DNA from: an uncultured virus (IMG/VR IMGVR_UViG_3300029319_000023)
Taxonomy: Duplodnaviria > Heunggongvirae > Uroviricota > Caudoviricetes
IMG/VR virus record: IMGVR_UViG_3300029319_000023
DNA length: 64,000 nucleotides
Reading direction: 5' to 3' (one strand)
Within the stretch, counting starts at the first letter, position 1. Each line of letters starts with the position of its first letter. Under the pieces are notes generated by a model. The model saw nothing but the letters and a program-made list of their open reading frames with translations. It did not search any database and was not told the origin of the DNA. Positions 10,070 through 17,941 of the stretch are shown piece by piece. The translations under genes were made by a program, and so were the position numbers.

Positions 10070-10250
10070 GGAAGAGTGGGAGTGTGTAAGGGTATGTGTT
10101 GCTAATGCACCCATACCTTATGACATAACCAAAAAGAAAATACCTGCTGATATCTTATCTAAGATAGGAGAACCAACAAGGATAAAACACGAGGGAATTG
10201 CCAAGGTTAAATATGATTTGACACCCTTTGGAATTGAACCTGACGATTAA
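10053..10250 (+). CDS. Hypothetical protein
   Basis: GGAGG Shine-Dalgarno before ATG 10053; TAATG coupling to the next gene. Confidence 0.6.
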   Translation: MYELTEEEWECVRVCVANAPIPYDITKKKIPADILSKIGEPTRIKHEGIAKVKYDLTPFGIEPDD

Positions 10251-10462
10251 TGGCTATTACACAAGAACAAGCAGATAAGATTGTTGCAATAAACAATCTG
10301 ATAGATGTTATCAAATACCTTGATGCTGATGTAACACACGTAAAAGTAAAGAACAGTTATGGGAAAAAAGAACAACAAATCATTCTCACATGGGAAGACG
10401 GACAAAAAGAAATTGCCGACGCAATTTACATGTACAAGCGAAACACCTTACGACAGACATAG
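10250..10462 (+). CDS. Hypothetical protein
   Basis: 70-aa ORF translationally coupled to the upstream gene. Confidence 0.55.
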   Translation: MAITQEQADKIVAINNLIDVIKYLDADVTHVKVKNSYGKKEQQIILTWEDGQKEIADAIYMYKRNTLRQT

Positions 10463-10583
10463 GTACAAAATGGTATTCACTGGTGCAGATCCTGTTATCT
10501 TAGATGATTGGGAACAAGTAAACTTACTTTGGTTCCAGACTCCACCATTATTCAAATCGCACATTGAAGTTTTAGACAAATGA
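10359..10583 (+). CDS. Hypothetical protein (FTCTSETPYDRHRYK motif)
   Basis: 74-aa ORF; ATGA overlap with the next gene; overlaps the upstream ORF by 104 nt. Confidence 0.55.
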   Translation: MGKKNNKSFSHGKTDKKKLPTQFTCTSETPYDRHRYKMVFTGADPVILDDWEQVNLLWFQTPPLFKSHIEVLDK

Positions 10584-10789
10584 GAAATCAAATTATTTCA
10601 GCACTCCTTGCTCATGCTCAAGGAGACATTCAAAAGCATAAAATGAATGTAGAAGTGTATTTAAGTAATCCTGTTGGTATTGGTGAGCATCCTGATGTAA
10701 TGGAAGCAATAGAACAGGAACTAAACATGATCGCCAAGTATGAAGATCAGGTATCAGTGATCAAAAAACACTTTTTAATCAAGGATTAA
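10580..10789 (+). CDS. Conserved marine T4-like phage hypothetical protein (NPVGIGEHPD motif)
   Basis: 69-aa helical protein with the recognisable VEVYLSNPVGIGEHPD motif. Confidence 0.7.
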   Translation: MRNQIISALLAHAQGDIQKHKMNVEVYLSNPVGIGEHPDVMEAIEQELNMIAKYEDQVSVIKKHFLIKD

Positions 10790-10791
10790 GG

Positions 10792-11754
10792 ATGAAAGAT
10801 ACAATCTTATTTGGAGACTGTCGTGAAACACTTAAGAATCTAACAAATTCAAGTGCTCGCATGTGTGTTACATCCCCACCATATTATGGTCTAAGGGACT
10901 ATGGAGGAGAGAAAAACCAAATAGGGCAAGAAGAGTCACCAGAAGAGTATGTAAAACAAATGGTGGAGGTATTCCGACTAGTACGTGATGTATTAACTGA
11001 TGATGGTACACTATGGTTGAATATTGGTGACTCATATTATAATTACAGATCTGATGGTAACTATCCAAAACAGACAGTATCAAAAACAAGACAGGATTTA
11101 CCACAGAGTACACCAGTAAGAGGTAATAAGTTAAAAGGATTAAAGAGTAAGGATTTAATCGGTATCCCTTGGATGTTAGCATTTGCATTGAGAGCAGACG
11201 GATGGTATCTGAGACAGGATATAATATGGCATAAACCAAATCCAATGCCAGAGTCAGTACAAGACAGGTGTACAAAAGCACATGAGTACATATTTTTATT
11301 AAGTAAAAGCAAAAACTATTTCTATGATAATGAAGCAATCAAAGAACCAGCAAAAGATTGGGGAACAAGAGATCGCACAAATGGCAAGTACCACAATCCT
11401 GGTAGTGGCTTGGCTCCTCATAGTGGGCTTACCAAGTCTTATCCTACAAAAAACAAACGGTCTGTTTGGTCAGTAACAAAGAAACCATATAAAGGAGCAC
11501 ACTTCGCTGTATTTCCACCTGAGTTAATTGAACCTTGTATAAAGGCAGGTAGTGAAGTTGGAGATACAATCCTTGATCCATTCATGGGATCAGGAACAAG
11601 TGCGATGGTTGCGAAGTCACTAGGCAGATATTATACTGGATGTGAACTCCATGAAGAGTATGGTAACCTAATTCAAGAAAGAATACAAGATTATCACCCA
11701 GTTAATGAAGTGGCACAAGAACCTACCATTAACATCCTAGACTTGATACAATAA
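10792..11754 (+). CDS. DNA methyltransferase, N4-cytosine/N6-adenine, beta class
   Basis: Motif IV TSPPY near the N-terminus, IIWHKPNPMPES, HFAVFP, motif I DPFMGSGT near the C-terminus. Confidence 0.93.
   Translation: MKDTILFGDCRETLKNLTNSSARMCVTSPPYYGLRDYGGEKNQIGQEESPEEYVKQMVEVFRLVRDVLTDDGTLWLNIGDSYYNYRSDGNYPKQTVSKTRQDLPQSTPVRGNKLKGLKSKDLIGIPWMLAFALRADGWYLRQDIIWHKPNPMPESVQDRCTKAHEYIFLLSKSKNYFYDNEAIKEPAKDWGTRDRTNGKYHNPGSGLAPHSGLTKSYPTKNKRSVWSVTKKPYKGAHFAVFPPELIEPCIKAGSEVGDTILDPFMGSGTSAMVAKSLGRYYTGCELHEEYGNLIQERIQDYHPVNEVAQEPTINILDLIQ
11695..11752 (+). promoter_or_regulatory. Early-type promoter cassette within the 3' end of the methyltransferase gene
   Basis: CACCCA-N10-TGGCAC (11695-11716), 30 nt, TACAAT (11747-11752). 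Confidence 0.6.
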
Positions 11755-11775
11755 AGATAAGTAAAACAAAGAAAC

Positions 11776-11928
11776 ATGCAATCATTCAATTCAGTCATTC
11801 CAACATATGACTTCCCACAAAGTCCAATTCTCATTATTGGATTCTTTGGTATCATCACAGCACTAGCAGTATTGTATGTTGCCAACAGAAAATACTTCAG
11901 TTCACCATTCAACGAGGATAACAACTAA
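11776..11928 (+). CDS. Small single-pass membrane protein (50 aa; not in ORF track)
   Basis: MQSFNSVIPTYDFPQSPILIIGFFGIITALAVLYVANRKYFSSPFNEDNN; directly downstream of a promoter; TAATG coupling. Confidence 0.65.
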   Translation: MQSFNSVIPTYDFPQSPILIIGFFGIITALAVLYVANRKYFSSPFNEDNN

Positions 11929-12101
11929 TGGCAAGAATGAAACAACTACTCCATGACATGGAATCTTTCCGTTATTCACCTCAGTTCAAACAAACTGTTG
12001 ATGATATGATGACCACAGGTGGATACACCTATGAACAAATCGCATCAAAAGTAGAAATTACTGTTGATGAATTACACCACTATCTTTCCCTTGCTACATA
12101 A
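11928..12101 (+). CDS. Small putative helix-turn-helix protein (57 aa)
   Basis: GYTYEQIASKVEITVDELHHYL resembles an HTH motif. Confidence 0.55.
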   Translation: MARMKQLLHDMESFRYSPQFKQTVDDMMTTGGYTYEQIASKVEITVDELHHYLSLAT

Positions 12102-12107
12102 ATTATT

Positions 12108-12251
12108 ATGAAAGTTAAAGTCACACTTTTTAAAGCAGGTACTATCTTTGAAGAGAGAGTAATTGCTAGAGATTATCAGGATGCAAAACAAGTTGCACTT
12201 GCTCGTAACCCTGGTGCCACCGTTACTGGAGTGACTGCCGTATTTGACTAA
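12108..12251 (+). CDS. Small hypothetical protein (47 aa)
   Basis: MKVKVTLFKAGTIFEERVIARDYQDAKQVALARNPGATVTGVTAVFD; TAATG coupling. Confidence 0.65.
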   Translation: MKVKVTLFKAGTIFEERVIARDYQDAKQVALARNPGATVTGVTAVFD

Positions 12252-12457
12252 TGAGCAGTAAAATCAAAGTATCTGGTAGATATGTTGATCAGTTTGAGGT
12301 CTACACCATGACCCTGACTGATCAACATTTGTCTGTAAATTTTAGTATGACTCAAGAGGATTTACTTGAAGTCAAAGCAGCGATTGATTCTATGTTATTA
12401 GAGAATGAATCACTTGACATGATGCAACAACTGAGGGAACTAACACAAAATGATTGA
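12251..12457 (+). CDS. Hypothetical protein
   Basis: 68-aa ORF overlapping both neighbours. Confidence 0.55.
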   Translation: MSSKIKVSGRYVDQFEVYTMTLTDQHLSVNFSMTQEDLLEVKAAIDSMLLENESLDMMQQLRELTQND

Positions 12458-13187
12458 TGAGCAAAAGCAACCAATTAGTAAAGAGTTTTGGGGCAAGGAT
12501 AATCCAATAAGACAGAGATTTGAACCCATCCATGCATTCAGTGTGCCTCACATGGTATTTCCGATGGAAGATTTTGTGAAGAGATCAGACGAGTTGCAAC
12601 AATTGATGGGAGATAAGTTAGAACTACAGAGTAATACTGATTATAATACTCCCACTGATTTCTATAATCAGGATGAAGATTATTATGACTGGAAAAATAA
12701 GTTATTTACTAACTTCTTTGCCAAGGAGATAGAACTAATATCCAAGGCATTCTTTGACTACATGGTTGATACCTATGAAAACTCAAAAGGACACATACAA
12801 GACTATCCTTATGAAGGTGGAGACACAGTGTATGATGAAGAGACACATGGTATGGTAGTTACAAGTGCATGGATTGAACAGGCACAGACTTTTCATCAAC
12901 ATTTACCACATGATCACGGACATGAAGCATTCTCATGTATTCTATACGCAGGATATGATGAAGACTCCCATGAACCAGTAGCAATTATATCTCCTTATAA
13001 GTCTCCTGATGGTATGACATTTCATTATCATCCTCATGTCAAAGAAGGTGATATTGTGGTGATTCCTGGTAATGTATTACACTACACAACTCAGAATAGA
13101 AGTGTAAAACCCAGAACAGTCATTGTGTTTAATTTAATGTTCAAGGCATATGTAAAAGACTTTGCAAGGGCAATGCCTGATGAATAA
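12450..13187 (+). CDS. 2OG-Fe(II) oxygenase (HxH type)
   Basis: SAW...HLPHDHG..SCILY...EGDIVVIPGNVLHYTTQN...RTVIVFNL. Confidence 0.8.
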   Translation: MIDEQKQPISKEFWGKDNPIRQRFEPIHAFSVPHMVFPMEDFVKRSDELQQLMGDKLELQSNTDYNTPTDFYNQDEDYYDWKNKLFTNFFAKEIELISKAFFDYMVDTYENSKGHIQDYPYEGGDTVYDEETHGMVVTSAWIEQAQTFHQHLPHDHGHEAFSCILYAGYDEDSHEPVAIISPYKSPDGMTFHYHPHVKEGDIVVIPGNVLHYTTQNRSVKPRTVIVFNLMFKAYVKDFARAMPDE

Positions 13188-13548
13188 TTACAGTTATGTT
13201 CCCAAGGTCAATGACTATGTAAGATGGACTACTGCCCTCGGTATGGTACATGAGGGATGGGTATATTATAAAGGAAAACCAGATGATAATGAGAAGAGAA
13301 TTAAAAATTCATGGGTTCCAGTATCAAACTACATCACAATTGAGATAGCAACAAAACCAAGACCACAGTGTGATCTATCGACATTCTTTCATAAACGTAT
13401 CCATGTTTGTCTTTGTTGTTATGAGGATAACTGGCATGAATTAGAATATATTAAGAGAAGAGTAAGCAAGCAAGATGACACTAACCCTGATGAACTGAGT
13501 TATGGTGCATATAAGTCACAACAACACAGATATTTGGATCCACAATGA
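13180..13548 (+). CDS. Hypothetical protein (YVPKVNDYVRW...EGWVY...YITIEI)
   Basis: ATG at 13180 overlaps the upstream stop. Confidence 0.6.
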   Translation: MNNYSYVPKVNDYVRWTTALGMVHEGWVYYKGKPDDNEKRIKNSWVPVSNYITIEIATKPRPQCDLSTFFHKRIHVCLCCYEDNWHELEYIKRRVSKQDDTNPDELSYGAYKSQQHRYLDPQ

Positions 13549-13550
13549 TG

Positions 13551-13557
13551 CTAAATA
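13551..13557 (+). promoter_or_regulatory. T4-type late promoter (CTAAATA)
   Basis: Intergenic, immediately upstream of the tail-collar gene trio. Confidence 0.6.
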
Positions 13558-13584
13558 CAAAGTAGCATGTTATAAAAAGGTCAA

Positions 13585-14199
13585 GTGCCATTATTTCTTG
13601 ATAGATTTAAAGACAGTAATAAAGTAGGAACCATCATGCCATGGCCGAATAGGGAAACTGGTGCCCCAAGTGGATGGTTGTTATGTGATGGGAGTGAGTA
13701 TCCTGGTCCTAGTGCCAGTGGTGGTGATGTGTATTGGCAATTGTATCAGGAAATTGGTACTACATACAATACTGGTGGGGAAACATCTAATTATTTCAGA
13801 GTTCCTAATCTACAAAATAGATTACTGGGACGTGGTGCAGCAATAGGAAACCAAGGTCAGACGTTTGGTAGTGATCCTGGTAATACAAATAATGCATCAT
13901 TGAGTAATAGTCATCTACCTATTCATAACCATAGTGTTGGTTACAGTGGTAATACCAATACTTCTACCAACATGAACCGATCCAATAACCAATACAGGAC
14001 AGGTAGTGGTAGTAGAAACTGGAAACAGTTTACAGGATTCAATAGAAGAACCATATACAACTCAAACAGTACTGGTGGATCTGGTGGATCTGGTAATAAT
14101 CACTCTCATAGTGTGAATGCAAGTAATCGTCAATTAGATTTGACGACAAAGTACATTATTAAGTACAAGTACACCGTCAAGGACGATAACTGGAACTGA
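13585..14199 (+). CDS. Phage tail collar domain protein 1 (gp12 short-fibre-like)
   Basis: VGTIMPW...PSGWLLCDGS...LYQEIGTTY...FRVPNLQ; HxH motifs; C-terminal YIIKY. Confidence 0.85.
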   Translation: MPLFLDRFKDSNKVGTIMPWPNRETGAPSGWLLCDGSEYPGPSASGGDVYWQLYQEIGTTYNTGGETSNYFRVPNLQNRLLGRGAAIGNQGQTFGSDPGNTNNASLSNSHLPIHNHSVGYSGNTNTSTNMNRSNNQYRTGSGSRNWKQFTGFNRRTIYNSNSTGGSGGSGNNHSHSVNASNRQLDLTTKYIIKYKYTVKDDNWN

Positions 14200-14202
14200 A
14201 CC

Positions 14203-14799
14203 ATGGGAATCGCACAAAACTATTTCAAAGGAAAGTCAAAAGGTGGAAGGATAGGAACCATTGTACTGGTTGCCAGTATTCCTACTGACTTTGCAAATAA
14301 GTATATCCTATGTGATGGTCAGAGTCTTAATGGTTTCCAGTACAGAAGACTACACAGAACAATAAGCAATGTCTATGGTGGTGATCAGTATGTTCCGAAC
14401 GTAACCGATCTTCCTGGTAGTACATTTACATTCAAAGTACCAAATTTAATAGGACGAACACTCAGAGGTGCACCGAACATGGCTTCTGCTGCGAATATGG
14501 CACAACAAACTGGATCTGCAAATATGGCAATAGATCCACATACATTGACAAGTAGTGAAGTACCATCACATACTCATAGTATAAATGCCAATACAGGTTA
14601 TGCATACTCAATCAATTTAAATAACCATAGTTCATCTGGTCAGGTTCAGGTTGCATCATATACTCCCAGTTATAATAGAAGTTTCCGACCAGAGAGTGCA
14701 AGTAGTTATTTGAACAATGCCACATCTGGTCATAGTCATAGTGAAGCATCGACATTGCAACCGTCCATCTTTTTAAATTATTACATACAGTCAGCATAA
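14203..14799 (+). CDS. Phage tail collar domain protein 2
   Basis: IGTIV...YILCDGQSL...FKVPNLIGR...HTLTSSEVPSHTH...LQPSIFLNYYI. Confidence 0.85.
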   Translation: MGIAQNYFKGKSKGGRIGTIVLVASIPTDFANKYILCDGQSLNGFQYRRLHRTISNVYGGDQYVPNVTDLPGSTFTFKVPNLIGRTLRGAPNMASAANMAQQTGSANMAIDPHTLTSSEVPSHTHSINANTGYAYSINLNNHSSSGQVQVASYTPSYNRSFRPESASSYLNNATSGHSHSEASTLQPSIFLNYYIQSA

Positions 14800-14800
14800 C

Positions 14801-15565
14801 ATGGCATTAAGATACAATCAATTCAAAAACGATCATACTGCCATTGGTACAATCATAACATGGGCAGGTAATTCAGTTCCGAACGGATACTTACAGTGTG
14901 ACGGGACACAATACACAATTACGGGTGTAAGTAACGTCCGATATCGTGGTCTGGCATCTGTTGTGTCTGGTCAGTATGATGGAGGTGACACTTACCCATA
15001 TGGTGATCTCAATGGTACTGGTACATTTACCGTACCGAACATGAGTCCTGATGATGTCGTTGTTCAACGTAATGGTGAGACACTCGGTAGTCGAGGTGGT
15101 AATACATCATCATCATTTGGTAGTACAGCATTAAATACATCACAGTGGCCAAGACACAGACATAATCTACCACGACAGAATTATAACCTGACCAATAACG
15201 TCAATGTAACCAGACAACCAAACCACTGGGGTGCAGTCGTCAACAGTCCACGTTGTTGGGATGGAAGAGCATGTATGTCATATCGAATACTAATCAGAAG
15301 AGGAAGATGGAGAAGATGGATTCAGTCACCATGTCCCACACGAGGTGGTGGATGGTGGAGTTCAGGTAACTATACTCCATGTGCACGTCCTGGTAGTACA
15401 AGTTATGGTCCAAGAGACGCAGGTTCTGCCCTTGGAATGGGACCTCGTACCAACTTCTCATATAACATGGGTAATGCAGGTGCAAACAGTCCAAGTTCAC
15501 ATACACACAGTGCCAACCCCATCCAACAGTCCATGAGAATGCAGTTCCTTATAAAAGCATTCTAA
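14801..15565 (+). CDS. Phage tail collar domain protein 3
   Basis: IGTIITWAGNSVPNGYLQCDG...FTVPNM...HRH...HTH...FLIKAF. Confidence 0.85.
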   Translation: MALRYNQFKNDHTAIGTIITWAGNSVPNGYLQCDGTQYTITGVSNVRYRGLASVVSGQYDGGDTYPYGDLNGTGTFTVPNMSPDDVVVQRNGETLGSRGGNTSSSFGSTALNTSQWPRHRHNLPRQNYNLTNNVNVTRQPNHWGAVVNSPRCWDGRACMSYRILIRRGRWRRWIQSPCPTRGGGWWSSGNYTPCARPGSTSYGPRDAGSALGMGPRTNFSYNMGNAGANSPSSHTHSANPIQQSMRMQFLIKAF

Positions 15566-15596
15566 ATAATAGAATACAAGCCAATCTGAAAACATT

Positions 15597-16355
15597 ATGC
15601 ACGGAGTAAACGAAGATTTCATCGAACACGGTGATGATTTTATTTCAATATATCACAATGTATTCCCCAAGAGCAATTGTGATCAAATAATCAAGAAGTT
15701 TGAGTTCCTTGATCAGGCATGTTGCCATAATGATGAGGTCAAGAGACTACACGAGGAATGGAGAGAGAGTGGACACGGGGATATCATGATGGACGGGAAA
15801 ACACAGTTCATGAATGCAAGTGGCGGAAGAATGGACAGGTCATATAACCTCATTCATATTGATGACTATTGTACCAGTACATCATATGATCCATCAATAA
15901 GAGAAGAAGGATGTATATGTTCTGTATCATTGATTACAGAGTACCTATACCATGCAATTGATGAATACATTGCACGTTATGGTACACTACGCAACAAAAG
16001 TTTCTACAGTAACTTCAATAAGGTACAAAAGACACCTGCAGGTGGTGGATACCATGTCTGGCACGATGAATTAGGAGAATCAGTACAGCACAGTGACAGG
16101 GCACTAGTCTGGATGTTGTATCTCAATAATGATTTTGAAGGGGGAGAAACAGAGTTCTTATATCAAAAGAGAAGAATAACCCCAGAACCAGGTACTATTG
16201 TGATCTGGCCAGCACAATGGACACATCAACACAAGGGTAACATGGTTCTAAGTGGTAACAAGTATATTGTAACAGGATGGATACACAACATGTGGACTGA
16301 TCATCATATCGGTGGTCACCTCATTGCACCTGATAATCCACCAGATAAAGAATAA
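15597..16355 (+). CDS. 2OG-Fe(II) oxygenase, prolyl-hydroxylase-like
   Basis: GGYHVWHDE, LYLNNDFEGGETEF, PEPGTIVIWP, HQHKG, KYIVTGW; preceded by CTAAATA (15562-15568). Confidence 0.9.
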   Translation: MHGVNEDFIEHGDDFISIYHNVFPKSNCDQIIKKFEFLDQACCHNDEVKRLHEEWRESGHGDIMMDGKTQFMNASGGRMDRSYNLIHIDDYCTSTSYDPSIREEGCICSVSLITEYLYHAIDEYIARYGTLRNKSFYSNFNKVQKTPAGGGYHVWHDELGESVQHSDRALVWMLYLNNDFEGGETEFLYQKRRITPEPGTIVIWPAQWTHQHKGNMVLSGNKYIVTGWIHNMWTDHHIGGHLIAPDNPPDKE

Positions 16356-17117
16356 TTAGTCGGCATAATACCAATAATAACCTTTCCATGTCCTTTTACC
16401 AGGATATAATAACGATTTACGAATACCACCGCCACGTTTACCATTAATAGTACGCTCGGCAGCAGATATAGATTCATATACCATTGTCTTCTTACCATTA
16501 GACTTGTGTACACCATATATTTTACGTTTGTGTAGGTTCTTACCTATCTTTTTCCATGTGTACCCGTATGCTTCCCATCCATTACGGGCTGCCAGTACAA
16601 TATTACCATTTCTTTTCTTATCACCTGCGACATCTGCTGCTGCATCACTTATACTATTCCATATCTTAATATCTCCAGTCTTGACACATGTTCCCTCTAT
16701 CTTCTGTTTCATGTGTGTACCGTCACCTCTATGCTCTTCACACATAAAACCCCATTTCTCTCCTGATGCTACTTTCTTATTAATACTATTCTTTATGTTG
16801 TTGACCCATTCCTTGGTCTTCTCCTTATTCTTTATTATTATCTTCTCTGCTACTTCTCGGTTATTATATTCACTACCCAGTTTACTAATATAATAGTCCT
16901 TACGTTCTTCTAACCTATCAGTTGTTGTTTCTTCCAATACAGATATATTAAATCTACCAGTACCTTGTTGTTTTATATCCTTGTATAAGTCCTTATGGGT
17001 AGTATCTGTTATGTGATTCTTCCATATCTTGTTAATTGGTAGAGTTGTATGTCCTACGTATTGTTTCTTATTTACTTTGTTGGTAATACAGTAGATTGTA
17101 CCTTGTTTTATTGCCAT
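16356..17117 (-). CDS. GIY-YIG homing endonuclease (Seg-like) with C-terminal NUMOD1-like DNA-binding repeats
   Basis: GTIYCITNKVNKKQYVGHT, FNISVLE, GSEYN; two WNSISDAA/YESISAAE...(Y/W)GYxW repeats. Confidence 0.85.
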   Translation of the reverse strand: MAIKQGTIYCITNKVNKKQYVGHTTLPINKIWKNHITDTTHKDLYKDIKQQGTGRFNISVLEETTTDRLEERKDYYISKLGSEYNNREVAEKIIIKNKEKTKEWVNNIKNSINKKVASGEKWGFMCEEHRGDGTHMKQKIEGTCVKTGDIKIWNSISDAAADVAGDKKRNGNIVLAARNGWEAYGYTWKKIGKNLHKRKIYGVHKSNGKKTMVYESISAAERTINGKRGGGIRKSLLYPGKRTWKGYYWYYAD

Positions 17118-17246
17118 AGAATAATGAGATGTTCACGTATGTACATGTATATAGGGAATTATTGACAAAAATATGGTTGTGTGATGTAATTGATTCTCAT
17201 TATCATTAATTATTGAGAAAGGTAGAGATCTTATGTTATCTTAGCG

Positions 17247-17275
17247 AGCATAGCATAAGAATCGGAGTTTGTCAA
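17247..17275 (-). promoter_or_regulatory. Sigma70-type promoter with extended -10, pointing away from the repeat array
   Basis: Minus strand: TTGACA (17275-17270), 17 nt ending in TGC, TATGCT (17252-17247). Confidence 0.7.
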
Positions 17276-17290
17276 CCCCACCGCCCCAAA

Positions 17291-17617
17291 ATCTAGTCGA
17301 GATCCGCGCATTATGATCTAGTCGAGATACACACATCATAATTCTCGACTAGCTTTCGCGCATTATAATAATCTCGTCTAGAATGTTCACAAACTGTAAC
17401 AAATCTCGACGAGTTCTCATAAATATGCTATACTACATGTATGACACACACAATCTAGTCGAGCTATGTACGATTGGTCTTATGAATATCTCGTCGAGCT
17501 TCCTGACGCGGACGAGCACATGCGTACTAATCTCGACGAGATACCTGCGCGAGACGTACACAATCTCGACGAGCTTGCGCGCAAACCCTATGAGTGATAT
17601 AATAATCTAGTCGAGCT
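17291..17617. repeat. Array of ten 13-bp quasi-palindromic repeats, consensus ATCT(C/A)G(A/T)C(G/T)AG(A/C)T
   Basis: Copies start at 17291, 17316, 17342, 17371, 17403, 17453, 17488, 17530, 17563 and 17605. Confidence 0.9.
17466..17597 (+). CDS. Possible small acidic protein (43 aa) read through the repeat array
   Basis: MYDWSYEYLVELPDADEHMRTNLDEIPARDVHNLDELARKPYE; -10-like TGCTATACT at 17426-17434. Confidence 0.4.
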   Translation: MYDWSYEYLVELPDADEHMRTNLDEIPARDVHNLDELARKPYE

Positions 17618-17636
17618 TAGCACACCTCTACTCCTT

Positions 17637-17843
17637 ATGTCAACTCCTTACCTCAGTCAAAAACGTAAAGTCTCAGTGCATCTAGATCTAGATGCATACG
17701 GGGATCTAGACGCGCAGGTGCTGCGGGTACTGGATTGGCATAGAATTCTCATGTTGGAATCAGACGAGACAGTCGAGGTTACCGTCTCGGAGCATGAGGA
17801 AGACGATGTGGACCAGGCAGCCGATATTCTTTATTCTCAATAG
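17637..17843 (+). CDS. Hypothetical protein
   Basis: 68-aa acidic ORF; contains a perfect 20-bp palindrome at 17677-17696. Confidence 0.6.
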   Translation: MSTPYLSQKRKVSVHLDLDAYGDLDAQVLRVLDWHRILMLESDETVEVTVSEHEEDDVDQAADILYSQ

Positions 17844-17875
17844 TACCTCGTTATTGAGAATGATGTATACCAGAT

Positions 17876-17933
17876 GTGACAATAATATTAGTGGCACAGG
17901 CATCCACCAAGGGTGCCTTTTTTGATGTATATT
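17876..17933 (+). promoter_or_regulatory. Early-type promoter cassette with embedded terminator
   Basis: GTGACA-N10-TGGCAC (17876-17897), AGGCATCC/GGGTGCCT hairpin plus T run, TATATT (17928-17933). Confidence 0.75.
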
Positions 17934-17941
17934 AAAGATGG

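Noticed and set aside
13585..15565. Diversity-generating retroelement acting on the collar or fibre genes
   Set aside because: No reverse transcriptase, and no template/variable repeat pair differing only at adenines was seen in the window.
16504..16893. Plus-strand 129-aa hydrophobic ORF
   Set aside because: Antisense shadow of the Lys-rich GIY-YIG gene.
17383..17610. 75-aa ORF across the repeat array
   Set aside because: No recognisable features or ribosome-binding site; the alternative 43-aa frame at 17466 looks more protein-like.
17291..17617. CRISPR or mini-array interpretation of the repeat cluster
   Set aside because: Repeats are only 13 bp and degenerate, gaps vary from 12 to 37 nt, and no cas gene is present.
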